This document shows positions 10,947 to 23,398 of a stretch of DNA of 64,000 bases, piece after piece (position 1 is the first letter of the stretch; every line of letters begins with the position of its first letter). Below the pieces are notes generated by a model. That model saw nothing but the letters and a program-made list of their open reading frames with translations, searched no databases and had not been told where the DNA came from. The stretch comes from Marsupella aquatica (Eukaryota > Plantae > Marchantiophyta), in assembly GCA_973895155.1 (NCBI GenBank), contig OZ316894.1, forward strand, positions 10,030,379 through 10,094,378. The letters are read 5' to 3'. The position numbers were made by a program, and so were the translations under genes.

Positions 10947-12737
10947 CTTACATAGCACTAGTTAGGGTGCAGAGTGTGGTTCAAAAATAATGGTCCAGAA
11001 GTATTTTCTCTTCAGAATCTTGGTAGTAAATCATGAAGAGTAGGGTTTCTCTGGTTTTGTTGTGGTTCATTATTTTTCTTATTTGTGCCGTGTAAAGAGA
11101 AAGTAGGCTATCACATTGGAATAGAGGAAGTGAAAGACCCCAATCTTATTAATATAATAACGTTCTGTTCATAGGGCATTGTGAGCCCTAGGAATGTCCT
11201 GCAAAACAGGGATACTAGCTTGAGTTTTGAGGGGCTATGATTTAAGGGCACTATGGGCCATAATGCACTGAAAACCAGGGGCATTAGCTTGAGTTTTGAG
11301 GGGTTATTATGGACCATAACTCTCTGGTAACTGGACATTAATACACTTAAAATAAGAAGGTTTATATTTTTTCTAAGTTTAGTAAATGCAGAGAAGAAAT
11401 TCAATGAGTCATGCCAATCTTAACAAGGTATATGCTTTGATGGGACCCCTGGCATAACTTTTTTACCTATAGGACCCTTTGAAAGTACTTGTATCAACTA
11501 GGACCCCTTTGACACTTTTGAGTCAGAAGTTCTTGTAGCAGTTCCTATAACTATTTTCTGCTTGATACTGTGACCAACAACAACAGCTACTGTGAAATTT
11601 AGGGTCAACTGTGCCTAAATCACAAATTGCATGGTCAGAAACGAGGCCGAACTTTGGACGGTCGATACACGGTTGGGAAAACTGCAAAATAGTGGTCGCC
11701 GTTGCCCAAACTACAATGTAACTTAGGTGAAGACAATATGGTTAATGTATTCGGGTTCAAATATGCTTTAATGATTATAAAGAAGCTATTGTAGTACATG
11801 TTTGTTTTCATGCAACATTGTGAAGAGAGGAAGGGTATGAACACTAAGAGATGAGGTTCCCTTTTTCACTTGGCTTTGTTGGGTCTGACAAACACACATA
11901 TCAAATAAAATCTGAAGAGTTTCTTTTTATAACAATGTGTATCTCACATTATTTAGGGTGGCATGGCCTGATTTGAGCAATTTTTAGGTTTCTGGCTTGG
12001 GTTATCTTGCCCCTCAACTGATACAGCTGGGACCCTCTTTCCCTTGTACTGAATGAGTGGTGAGATTCCAAATTCTGTCTCCATTTCCTAGATATTTTCC
12101 ATCTGAGCACAAGAACCATCTCAGCTTTTTTTTAACCCTTCGTTGAACTTGAAGCAGCACTTTTGAAATCTGTTCAATTTTCGGAGCCCCCAAGCTGAGA
12201 ATCCTCAAGGGCAATAGTGATCATGGCAGCAAGGTATTTACATCTTCTTAGCCCTCTGATTGAGAAATCATGTAAGCTAACTACAGTAGAAACCATGTTC
12301 GAAATTGAGTTCAATCACCCATGACAGTAACCTTTTAAAAACTTGGAGTACCTCGTGATCTGATATAATCCTGTCCAGTAAATTCTCTGGAGATCGGTAT
12401 TCCAGAGATGGCTTTGTAAGAATTTGTAACCGGATACGTTCCGACTAAATGAGAGAAGAATGTGTCATATTCAGCTGGTTCTCGTCTTTCTAGGGATTTC
12501 AGTTTATTCTCAACTGGCTATGTCGTCTCCTGGGATTCCTGGCGGGTAGACGATAACAAGAGAAACATTCTCGTTGTAAATGTTTCTATCTAGATGTTCA
12601 CATTTACACCGAGAATTGGAGGGGTATTTCTTACGAACTGAGTACTCTTTGCAAGACTCCAGTGAGGTTCAAATTTTGCTGCTGCGTCTTAGGACCATCG
12701 TCATGAGGTGCTTGCAAGCCCTGAGCATATAGCAACT

Positions 12738-13045
12738 TCCAAGAATTGTGTCCATAAAGACAGATCCATTTCGTGACCTTCAGGAACTGTGAAGTCAGTC
12801 GTTCGGTGAATGTGAAGGAAGGGAAGCGACGGGAGGAGAAGGAACCGAGGAACGAAATTGGATCGAGTGAAGATCGAACGGAATTAAGGAATCCAAGAAT
12901 TGTGTCCATAAAGGCAGATTCATTTCGTGACCTTCAGGAACTGTGAAGTCAGTCGTTCGGTGAATGCGAAGGAAGGGAAGCGAAGGGAGGAGAAGGAACC
13001 GAGGAACGAAATTGGATCGAGTGAAGATCGAGCGGAATTGAGGAA
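12738..13045 (+). repeat. 154-bp tandem duplication of the NDUFB10 proximal promoter/5'UTR
   Basis: Near-identical units start TCCAAGAATTGTGTCCATAAAG at 12738 and 12892. The second copy ends 11 bp before the NDUFB10 ATG. Confidence 0.95.
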
Positions 13046-13056
13046 GGCAAGGAAGA

Positions 13057-13350
13057 ATGGTGTACAAGGGGCAGAAATTCGACGAGTCGCCGCCCGATGA
13101 CTTCGACCCCGAGCATCCCTACGCAGATCCGGTGGCTATGCTGGAGCAGCGAGAGTACATCGTGAGGGAGAAGCTCGTGGCCATCGAGGTCGCCAAGGAG
13201 CTGCGCGACAGAGTGAAGGCCTGCTACCGGAGGGAGGGCGTCAACCACTACCAGAAGTGCAGGCCTGTTGTGCGCAATTACCTCGCCTCGATTAAGAACG
13301 TCGGCTGGGGCAAGGACGCCAAACCCACCTACAACATTGACGACGAGTAG
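13057..13350 (+). CDS. NDUFB10: NADH:ubiquinone oxidoreductase subunit B10 (PDSW), 97 aa, intronless CDS
   Basis: FDPEHPYADPVAMLEQREYIVREK...CYRREGVNHYQKCR...VGWGKD matches plant NDUFB10 (CX11C, EGVNH motif). High GC3 codon usage and double stop TAGTAG. Confidence 0.95.
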   Translation: MVYKGQKFDESPPDDFDPEHPYADPVAMLEQREYIVREKLVAIEVAKELRDRVKACYRREGVNHYQKCRPVVRNYLASIKNVGWGKDAKPTYNIDDE

Positions 13351-13881
13351 TAGAAGTAGTGGTAGTGTCTGTCTCTTGCTTTGCACATTGTGGGAAGAGC
13401 TTCGGTGCTGCAATGTCTTTCGTTGGAATCGGAAAATTGCATTCTTCTTCATTTTGGATGTGCTGAGGACTGGTTTACCTCTTGGAAGATGGGTTGAGAC
13501 TTAATTGAGGGATTAGGATTTCGCTCCAGTAACGTTTATGGGAAGGGGCTGAGAAATGCCAGCCAGATAAAGGAGTGGCAGTGGGACACTTGCTTGGCTC
13601 TTACTTAGTAGCAGAAGCAGCGTTTGTGGGGAAATTACATTGAGTGTCTTCTTCTCGGTCTGTCGAGGTGGGTCCGTTGCAAGAAGAGTTCGTCGAGAAG
13701 GTGGGAGTCATTGGAAGTTTGGGGAGCGTTGGATAAGATGGTCGGCCAGCTTGCAAATGAAGATATAACTTCTCGATTGATAGGTAGATTGTGCCATCCA
13801 AAGGTCAGAGATGAGATATGATTGTGTGCTATTTAATAATTGATGCTCGCGGGGAAGAGATTCTATCCTCTGTCTCTCTGT

Positions 13882-14145
13882 GTTCCTGTTGCATGCGTTT
13901 TGACCGATATTCTCCCAATGTTTCTCAGCTGGGAGCTTCGTGTGGAATCATTAGGGTTCTAATTAATCACTTCTTGAGAATCCTGCCCATTGCAATCGTG
14001 TCGGACTAGCGGAGTTCCTGTTGCGTGCGTGTTTGCCTACATTCTCGAATATTTCTCAGCTCGGAGCTTCATGTGGCAAAATTACGGTTCTAATTAATCA
14101 CTTCGTTGAGAATGATTGCCCATTGCAATCATTCTGACTAGCGGA
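13882..14145. repeat. ~132-bp diverged tandem duplication
   Basis: GTTCCTGTTGC...TTTCTCAGCT.GGAGCTTC.TGTGG...GTTCTAATTAATCACTTC...GCCCATTGCAATC...GACTAGCGGA starts at 13882 and again at 14014. Confidence 0.88.
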
Positions 14146-14402
14146 TTGATGAGGCTTTACTTCTATCTGCTCTGCTCGTGAGTTGCTGAATCCACCTCTC
14201 AATTTTAGAAAGGTGATTGAAGTGATGATGGAGAGCAATCACCTCCGATAAAATAATTTGTGCAACTGTAGGATACCTTACTTATTTCCTGATTACTTGT
14301 GTGAGAGGGAAGAAGTCTGGAGAGGATTGAACGAACTTGATATCCTGCTGCAGAGCTTAGTGTTCTTTCAAAGTAGGGGCTGACAGCTTTAACCTCTTAA
14401 GA

Positions 14403-15579
14403 CGATGAGATTGTGAGGGGACTAGCAAAAAATGGAGTCACGACAGTGTTGACTGCTCGCGATAAAGGAAAGGGACAGGCAGTGGCAGATTCTTTGAAAG
14501 GGACAAGCAGTGGCAGATTCTTTGAAAGGCCAGGTTTGGATTCAGTTATAGTCCATCCTTTGGATATCACCAGTGCGGAATCAATCGACAACCTTGCGAT
14601 TTGGTTAAAAGACAAATCTGGAGTAGACATTCTGGTAAAAGAACCCGGCAATTGTTTTGTGTCCGTCTTATAATCTGCGGACTTTTTTTTGCATTCTGTT
14701 GCTGAATTTGCGCCTTCTTGAGTTCCAGCAGATGATGGGTTGTGAAGGTGACAGCTATCTTTACGCATTTTAGTTTTCTTCATTTTTTAATTTGCAACTA
14801 CACGGGACAGTTTGTAGGTTAATAACGCAGCAGTTTATGTAGAAGATAGCTACGAGGGGGCCCAGGTAACTATAGATGCAAACTATTATGAGTGAAAAAC
14901 TTGGCCAGTAAGCTGTTACCTTTACTGCGACCTGGTGCACGAGTTGTACATAAGTTCAAGACTTGGACAACTTTCGTTAAGAACCCTTTTCCTGCGTGCC
15001 TACAATGAGCTTCGTTCTTTGTATTTGAGTGAAACCAAATGGGTTGAAGCCCATTTTGTTTCTGTCGAGTTGATTTTCGCATAATTTCTCTGCTCGGTGG
15101 TCATTGGAAGAATTAAAATCTTCTTCAAAAGAGTCCATGAAAGAGTCCGCGAATTCTGAAAGTTCTAGTACGCTTTCTTTTAGTTTGTGGGAAACTCTGT
15201 GGCGAAGGTAATGGGTGATGAAAAAAACCGCAGTGAAGATCTTGTTCATTCGTATACAAAGAAATACATAGAAGCAGTCCAAGCAGGAAGTTGGAAAGAA
15301 GAGGGATGGTCCACGGGATATCCACAATATTCCGACTCCAACATGCTCCTAAATGCGTACACTAGAGCATTTGCGAAAACGCTGTCAAAGAGGCCAGAGG
15401 ACCAAAAACTTTACGTAAATGTTGTTCATCCTGGCCGAATTGGGACTGATATTAACAATCATTCTTGCACCGGAATTCCAGAAGAAGGAGCTGATATTGC
15501 AGTATGGCTTGCTCTCTTACCAGAGAACGGATATCCACAAGGAGGGTTTTTCTTTAACAGAGAGCCATTTGCCTTCTGA
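14403..15579 (+). pseudogene. Short-chain dehydrogenase/reductase (carbonyl reductase / neomenthol dehydrogenase-like) pseudogene
   Basis: Three exon remnants: ~14403-14634 (VLTARD...LDIT...VDIL), 14818-~14975 (VNNAA...NYY...SSRLG) and 15184-15579 (VNVVHPG..TD, EEGAD..VWLALLP..PQGGFF). No TGxxxGIG motif or start codon, frameshifts near 14890 and 14950, catalytic YxxxK reads YSDSN, and a 27-bp internal duplication at ~14478-14530. Confidence 0.85.
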
Positions 15580-15723
15580 AGCATGAAAGCCCAAAGTTTG
15601 AGTTGTTGCCACAAATGTACAGAGTGTGTTTTCTGAGTTAAGTAACTCGGTAAATAAGGGAGATCACGAATTAGTTAGGAAAATGATAGTATTCCTGATC
15701 AGCTTATCTTAAATATTTCTCCT

Positions 15724-15871
15724 CAGGGAGCGTGTAAACTTGACAGATTGAATGTGACGTTTGATGTAATTCACTGTAGGGGTTGTAAACTAGACCGATT
15801 GTATGTGACATTTTGATGTAATTCGCTTCAGGGAACGTCTAAACTTGACAGATTGAATTGGACATTTGATA
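15724..15871. repeat. ~52-bp tandem repeat x3
   Basis: Repeated core TAAACT(T/A)GAC(A/C)GATTG.AT..GAC.TTTGAT. Confidence 0.8.
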
Positions 15872-16481
15872 TTATGGGACCGCATCCCCAGTTATCTGAT
15901 GATCCAACTATCTGATATATAGATCTATATTTCCATCCATGATTACTGGAATCATCTGGCCCTACCAAAAAAGCAATGATCAATTCCACAATACAAGAGA
16001 CCGTTTTCTTAGAGAAAGAAGGAACCTAGTCACGATGAACTCTCATGAACTGGATGCGAGTCGGAGAGGGCTGCTTGGATATACATTAGAAACCTTTGAA
16101 TATCAACTTCTATTCGAAGAGCAGGACGTGAAGACAATCAACAATTGGAGTTACACTGAAGCCAGTTCTTCTTATGTCAAACGAATAATTACACAAGCCC
16201 AGTAAAAAAGCCTTTATTTCCATTCTGAGAAACTAAATCGACAGCTGAAACATCGGGACTTTCTGGATTAGACAGTCAAACCTGAAATCAAGCCTCATAT
16301 TAGGGCAAGAAGAAGTGCTTTATTACGAACTGTACCCAAGGAATACAAGTCACGCCGGCCCTTTGAAGTATGCAAAAAGTTACTCCAGAGAGAATTTTGG
16401 GAATTGAATCCCGCAAGCCAGAGACGTCAGCCTGAGGGGCAGAGTTATTGCTTTTTCACTCCCAGGCTCTAGGGATTTATT

Positions 16482-16720
16482 TTCCAAGATTCCCCAGGGC
16501 AAAGATTTTTTGAGATCACAAATTCTGTTTTCGTTTTTTGTTATGTCATTTTCTTACTCAAGTTGTTCCAAGAATCCCGGGGGCAAAGAAAAAAGAGATG
16601 ACAGATTCTGCTTTCTTTGTTTGTTCTGTCATTTTCTTCTAGTACTTGTTCCAAGATCCCCAAGGGGAAAGGAACTTTTGAGATCACAAATTCTGTTTTC
16701 TTTTTTTGTACTGCCATTTT
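16482..16720. repeat. ~83-bp tandem repeat x3
   Basis: Repeated TTCCAAGA..CCC..GGG.AAAG...GAGAT.ACA.ATTCTG.TTTC...CATTTTCTT. Confidence 0.8.
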
Positions 16721-19064
16721 CTTCCTTAAACTTGGGGATGAGCCTGATCGTGAGTGTGAGTCGGAGAGAGAGAGGTGGGGTAAATAATGCTCTCCAAATC
16801 CAAAATACAAGGAAATCTTGAAATATGGATTGTGGAACGAACGAATGCGCCTCGAGGACTTAGACTCAAAGGACCTGGGTAACAAGCTGAAATAAACTAC
16901 CATAGCTTAGGTATTGAACTATTGTCCCAGTTAACCAGAACACACCACCTGCAGTCTACACAAGGAGCCCAAGCCCAAGCTCAATAGAATGATGTCCTTG
17001 GAACGTCCAAATGTACTGGTCTCCAAGAAGTTCTTACTGGCAAAATTGTTGAAGAGTCTACATATAAGGTCACACTGACTAAGTAGTCTAGTGTTGATGA
17101 AATAGGAAAGGTGGCTCACCACGGGACCATCGGTAATTGTTAAGGGTAGTTTGTGTTTATGCTCCCCAAAACAGGCCATCAATGCTTTGGCTCAAACCAG
17201 AAAAAGAAATACCAGTTGGCGACACAACATGAGTGTATGCCCTTGCGCTACCCAGAAATTATGATAGTATAAATGCCTCAGACCTTATACTCACCATTAT
17301 GAGATACAAATTGATAATGTCGCAGATTTTGATTTGCCCAAACGCTTTTTTAGTCAACTAATCCCTTCATGTGTCAAGCATATCCTTGTGTGTACCATTA
17401 CTCTATTCCAAGGTATCTGGTAAGGATATAGCATGCTCATCCTGGAACATGCTGATTGTGTGGTATGTGTGGTAGTGATATGTAAGTGGACAAAATTAGA
17501 GAATAAAACTAGAATACATATTGAATGCAATTGAGATAAAATAATATCAGTAAAGTACATGCAAATAAAAGCACATAAGACTAATGAAAAGTACAATTAA
17601 ATTTTATGACACAAAGATGTTACGAGTTGTGCACTTACTTCGATGTGTCTTATTAATGACACTCAGGCTGCCAAAATAAATTCAAAATACTATAGGATAC
17701 CAAAAATTATAAAGGGGTCCAAAAATGAATTAAAAGTCTATATGATACAAAGAATGTCCCTTGTCAAGATACATTCAAATAAAAATACATGATACAAAAA
17801 TATGAATAAAACAAAACATAAAAGTTGGATTTGCCATATAGCAGTGAAAACCTTACAATGACATGATTGGATATATTGAATGGCCTTCCATTTACCCTGT
17901 GGATGCCAGACTATCAAGAATCCAAGAGCAGAAAGTATCCTGCATCCGCACTGGCCCTTAGCCTATGGCACCGGACTGGCACATGTGGCAATTCCCGGCC
18001 GACCCTCAAGCTAGGGCTGCAATCCACAACATTTTTGCAGCTTGTGCCCCAACAAGTTTCGCCTACTACCATATTCCCCATTCTGCCAAGTCCCCATTCC
18101 TCTTTTCCCAGTGTTGCCCAAACTCAATCTATGCTACTTGTTGTGCCACATGTCTGCATCCGACATAAGGTTGTAGGTTATGGGGTTCAAATTTCCATTT
18201 GCAACATGCAAAAGAGTCCAGTTTGTGGGTTTTTCAAGGGAAGGTTTGCAAAGGGGTTGGTGCTATCCTTACAAGTTAATCTCTCCATACCCCCAAAATG
18301 AAGTGCTGCTAGATGGACCCCATGGATGATCCAGACCGTTGATGGGGATCCGGCCTGGGAAAGATGGACGGATGCAAAGTGCCTGGCAAGAAAACTGGTC
18401 TGGATACTCTAACTATTGGCCGTCAACGACTGCACACTAACTTTCACATGTGGATTGCACGTCCAGTAATCTGGTTTACATGTCAGCCCTGTATCAGAAT
18501 GGAGTTCCCCACTAAACCACGCCCTAACATGACATGTCACAAAGGGCCGTCAACGTGCTTATTGACATGTTGACACGTGCCTGCAAGGTTTCTGTCACAC
18601 TGCAAGTAAATATGTGGCGACAGTCGGACGTGTAAAGTATTGTATTGGACCGGCCTTGACATGTCTGAAGCTGACATGTCACATGTGGCCCTCCTCATCC
18701 CAGGGTGAAAGGTTCCCTCATGTGGCTCTCAACATCCCAAAATGACGAATCACATGTGGTTCCAAACCGTCTGACGGGTTGTAAGGCAATTTCTGAATTT
18801 CTGGTACAGTCTTTGTAATCATTGACACAAAGCCCTTCCATCCAATGCATTCACGACATTTGGTTCAAAAATATTCCGAGAAAAGAGAAACAAATTAATA
18901 GCTGAGGGGAAATGCGATATAAGGAACAACACGTGGAACAGTATAAACCATTTACAGTGATTTCTTGGTGAAATTAAAGACCTCACGTTTGCAATGTGCG
19001 AAGACTCGAAGAGGTATACTTTTGTGCCCCAAGTTCTTGTAAAGCCCTCCTTACTCGTGTGAAC

Positions 19065-19341
19065 CAGTGTTTTTTTTAAGGATTTCACTTTTTCGCCAAG
19101 TTGGCGAATGTAAAGTGTGTCAAGGAGAAGATGCTCAAAAGATTCTGTATTAAATTATGTTCTTGACCGTCAGATCTCCCTACATTTAAGGCGGACCGTT
19201 AGATTCTAACTAAAGGGGCCTGGGATTAGGTGGAACACTGGCTAATGAGACAGCAAAAAAGTAGCGAATTTTAGCCAAAAGTGGCGAAGGATTTTTGGGG
19301 AGGTGGAATCTAGCGAATTTTCGCCACTAAAAAAAACACTG
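19065..19341. mobile_element. Non-autonomous hAT-type MITE, 277 bp
   Basis: TIRs CAGTGTTTTTTTT / AAAAAAAACACTG. Perfect 8-bp TSD GTGTGAAC (19057-19064 and 19342-19349). Subterminal TTCGCCA/TGGCGAA motifs. CAG termini with an 8-bp TSD are typical of hAT. Confidence 0.93.
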
Positions 19342-20255
19342 GTGTGAACTACAGTAGAAGATCCTATGAATATTAGGTATATTATTTTTTGACCGTGTAG
19401 ATTTAAGGAGAGCCATCACATTGGGACTAATGAACCGTGTGGTTTGGTGCGGAAACGGGCTAGTGAGACCCAACATGTGACTCAATGGGGGCTTTAGACT
19501 AACTAGGGGGGACAACTACTGTAGTCACTGTTTTCTCATTGTAAAAGTGAGGTCCATTGAAAACAGTAAAGTTATAAAATTCCTGAGCCAAAATGTCTTT
19601 GTCCTGACAAAATTGATGAACGATCCAGTATAGAAGTGGACCAAGTTGTCTATTCTTTAGATCATCCAAGATGTGCTCTTATTTTCTGATAAAAAAACAT
19701 GGACACATCAGCAAAAAGGGATACCCAAGGGGCCAACTAGCAGATGGCTAGGATAGGGAATGATTTTGCCAGATTATGCCCCCAAAGTTCATGCATAGTG
19801 GCTAATGAACCCAAACATATGTAGCAAATTTTAGCCAAGAGAAACTTAACGATTCTGATGGAGGTGGAATTTGGCTAATATTAGCAGCTAGAAAACCCTG
19901 GTACTTAGTGCACACAGGTGACTAGGTGGCAGCGCCATAATATTCTAGCCCCAAATCTAGAACACAATTACTATAGCTACGTCAGAAGTATCCAGCCCAA
20001 AATCTGGAATACCAGCCCAGATCTAAAACAGAAGTCTCACCCCAGTTGTTTAGGTACATAGTAATGCTCTGATTCCAGGGCGTTGTGTGAGGGGCCCAAG
20101 TTTTCAGGGGACTATTATTGTGGGGATAACATATACACTTTAATCCCTGAATTTTTGTCACTCGGTCCTAGTTTTTACTCTGTTTCTCTTTACTGGACAC
20201 TTGTAGACAAACCCAAAAAGAGCAAGAGATTAGGTAGAGCACAAATATAAAATGC

Positions 20256-20666
20256 CTTGCCTTACCTGGCTTTGTTCAGTTGGCCAGAGAACGAGCCTAG
20301 AAGAGAGAGGTCCCAAATTCAGTCTTCCCTCCGCACACAAGCGGTGTGGAGGGTATGTGTGGGTGGAGGGTATGTGATGGGAGTCTTGGTTTCTTCTCAG
20401 CCCCTAGCTAGCCCTCTTTGGGGCCCTGGTTCCACCCTTCCTCCTCCTGGTCTGGGTCCCTCTAAGATCCCTGGGTATTGTTCCCCCCTGAGCTACCCTA
20501 TAGTGGTGCATATTCCAAAGGAGAATGTTTATCCTCTATTGGATGAGTCTCCTGGTATTGTTCCCCTTGTGAGCTACCCTATAGTGGTGGGGAACTACGT
20601 TATAGTGGTGCATGTTCCAAAGGAGAATGTTTATCTTCTATTGGATGGGTCTACTTTTGGCGGGCA
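20256..20666 (+). mobile_element. tRNA-derived SINE, copy 1 (older, with internal ~80-100 bp duplication)
   Basis: Collinear with 39355-39673. Degenerate A box (TGTTCAGTTGG) and B box (AATTCAGTC), short A tail, approximate TSD ATAAAATGC on both sides. The segment GGTATTGTTCCCC...TTGGATG.GTCT occurs twice. Confidence 0.82.
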
Positions 20667-23088
20667 ATAAAATGCTGTGCCAAATGCTTTGCCCCACCCA
20701 CTTAAATGCTTTGCCTTATCTGTGATAAACATTCTCTTTTCATAGAGTCCAGAATTATAAAAACGAGAAAATTCTTGCTGGGATTTAAGTAGGGACAATA
20801 TTGAGGAGCCTTGAGTCCTGGAAAGAGCATGGACAAGCTGCCTCCAACGGTGCCCAAGAAAACAGATCTTAAAAGAGGCAATGCACAGCAATGATTTCCA
20901 CCACATTCATTACAAATCTTTGCTTTAGTGCGGTACAGTACGCTAAAGTCCTTCAAAAGAACATTCATTATTTTCCTCTACAGTAACGGATGAGATCGAT
21001 GCGGATAGCATGATGGATGAGGCTGCTTTGTCGTTGGGAATGGAGTATTGGTGTTGCTAGATTAGGCCAAAGATCCAGCCCAGGCGAAGCGCATGCCATT
21101 CCAACTTGCCAAATGCCAAGCCACGCAGAAGCACAACAAGCAACTGTGATGGATTCGATTCTCCATGGCTGTTGGCCCCTGTAAGAGTGTAAGAGTCGAC
21201 GAGGCGCCCCGAAAAAATGAGCCGTGCTGCTGTCAGAAGATAAAGCAGACCCGCAGCTCAAGTGCGAAATTGGTGGCAGCCCCTCTACGTGTAGACGTCG
21301 TGGACTCGTGGTCATTGTACTTATGAAGTCTTAGCCAAAGCGAATGGATAGCGTAGATATATTCGACTCGAATGAATTATAAGTAGAAGCGAACGTCGAA
21401 CACGATAAAAGTGCTGCCGTAACGCAGCATATTCGGGAAGATGGAGTACGACAGTGGGTTCAATCACTTCAATGGCCACCTTGTAATGATGTAATCGAAT
21501 GCCGAGCACGCGAGCACCTTGAGACTGATTTGGAGATCGCAAATCGGGGCGAAGCACACGGTCAGAACGCCAGTCCGCACCAAACCAATTAACCAAGTTA
21601 CTATTTAGTCATTCACTCAGTAGTCAGTCTAGTTAGCGCACGTGATCCGAGAACGGATGAGAGTCTCCTTGCTTCTCGGGAGCAACTACTTCAGAGGCCG
21701 CCACGGCTAGACTTTCTCTGGCGGGTGCTTCCTGTTCTGTTTGCAATTCTGAATTAGTTGGTTGGTGTCTCGGTGATCTGTGGATCAATCTCCAGCAGCG
21801 TGGCAAGTTTAGAGAGGCTAACGTGCAAACTTGGATAAAATTCCCCCCGAAGCTTTGCTACTGGAGAGCATGACATGCAATTCTGGATAAATTTGCCAAA
21901 ACATGTCTAAGGCCATAGGGCTGGCTTGCATGTCAAGAGTGGCCCTCAGCACTCCTGAATAGTTGGGGAAACAGTACAATTGATTTTCCAGAATCTGCTT
22001 TTTTGCTACTGTGAACTTGCTCTTTGTTTTATTCAATTTTCAAAGTTTTTGGCCATAGCCCTTGTTCATCTACCACATTTGCTGTCAGGCTTGCCTAAGG
22101 AGAGGTTGAGTCACAAAACTCTCACTCTGTTGGAATGCCAAGGGGTCAGTTGAGGGATGTCCTGGTAGAGTAATCCTTTGAGAGAAAATCATGCCTGAAA
22201 TGTCTCATGTGCGAGGCTCCACAGCTTAGGAAAACCAAGGCCAAGAACAAAAAACATTTTGGCTCTCGCAGTAGCGACCTTGAAAAATGAAGATAAGACA
22301 ATGTTGGGGTCCTGTGCTCAAGGCTTTATCCCAGGAAGTAAGGGAATTTTAAGGGCCAAATTGTTTAGATCCAGCTATATGCAAGATAGCTCTTAGAGTG
22401 GCCAAGTCCTGAACTGATGTCCCAGTTGATGTGTCTTTCATCCCACTCCACTCCTCCTGTCTGCCTTCATTGTTTGCTTCCTCTTATTTTTGAAAGGGGA
22501 GAAATTCTGGGATGGTTTGTGATGAAGCCCTCAAACTCACTTACAGGGCACGACTGGAGGAGGGCAAGGGCTCGTTTAATTAAGGGCTGATGGAGCACTG
22601 CTCTTACTCCCTTGTAGACAGGACAGGTTTCAGGAGACCAGATCCCAAAGAAGGGGACCCAGTAAAGGGAAGGGATGCAGTGCTTTGACCTAGCTTCCAC
22701 AAGAATAATCTGACCCCAAAGCTAGAACATAGTGACCCCCAGGCCCAAAAGCACCCACCTTCTCATGGTCTTATTTCTGGGTTCAGTGGATCCTTGTTGG
22801 GAGTGGGGTTCAGCCACTCCCACTCCTACTGGCTGGCGCAAAGTTCTATTCTTGACCCGGGTCCCTTCTTGTGGGTTCAACTAGGGCATCTCAAATACAA
22901 CAAATTTTCACACTTGACCTCATCCTGGAGTGTTGTGACCCGGGGCGGCAAGAGCAACTGGTCGGGCACCGAATATGAGGCCCAACCAATCATGCCCGGG
23001 AGTCCTGACCAAAACTAAGGGCCAACTGCTGCAAGGAGAGTACCCGATTCCAGTGTGTTCATTGACTCACCTTGCAGTGTGTGAAAAT

Positions 23089-23210
23089 TGCACTGCCCGG
23101 CTATACCCAATTTTGATGCGCTCAGTGCATCATGGAACACTCAGTGAGCTCAAGTGCATCTTGCACTGCCCTGCTATACCCAGTTTTGGTGCGCTTGAGT
23201 GCATCACATG
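23089..23210. repeat. 72-bp tandem duplication
   Basis: TGCACTGCCC.GCTATACCCA.TTTTG.TGCGCT..AGTGCATCA occurs twice. Confidence 0.8.
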
Positions 23211-23352
23211 ACGCCATGAGGGGTTTTTTTTTTGGTTTTTTTTCAATATCTGAGACTCTACTGATGGAGATCAGGGAGTCTTTTGGAGGGGCACTAAAGT
23301 TTGGAGGTTTGGATTAATTTCATGGAGCGCAGTCAGTTTAGGAGACCAAATC

Positions 23353-23398
23353 TGGTTAATTTGGTTAATTTGGTTAATTTAAACCCTAAACCCTAAAC
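23353..23398 (+). repeat. (TGGTTAATT)3 fused to 2.5 plant telomeric units (telo-box / interstitial telomeric motif)
   Basis: TGGTTAATT x3 followed directly by TAAACCCTAAACCCTAAAC. Confidence 0.8.

Noticed and set aside
14211-14293. Possible C/D snoRNA (GTGATGA...CTGA) overlapping a small hairpin
   Set aside because: No terminal stem and no rRNA/snRNA-complementary guide that I could identify.
20984-21060. Exon-like segment after a good acceptor, reading TDEIDADSMMDEAALSLGMEYWCC*
   Set aside because: No upstream exon or recognisable homology found, so it cannot be supported as a gene.
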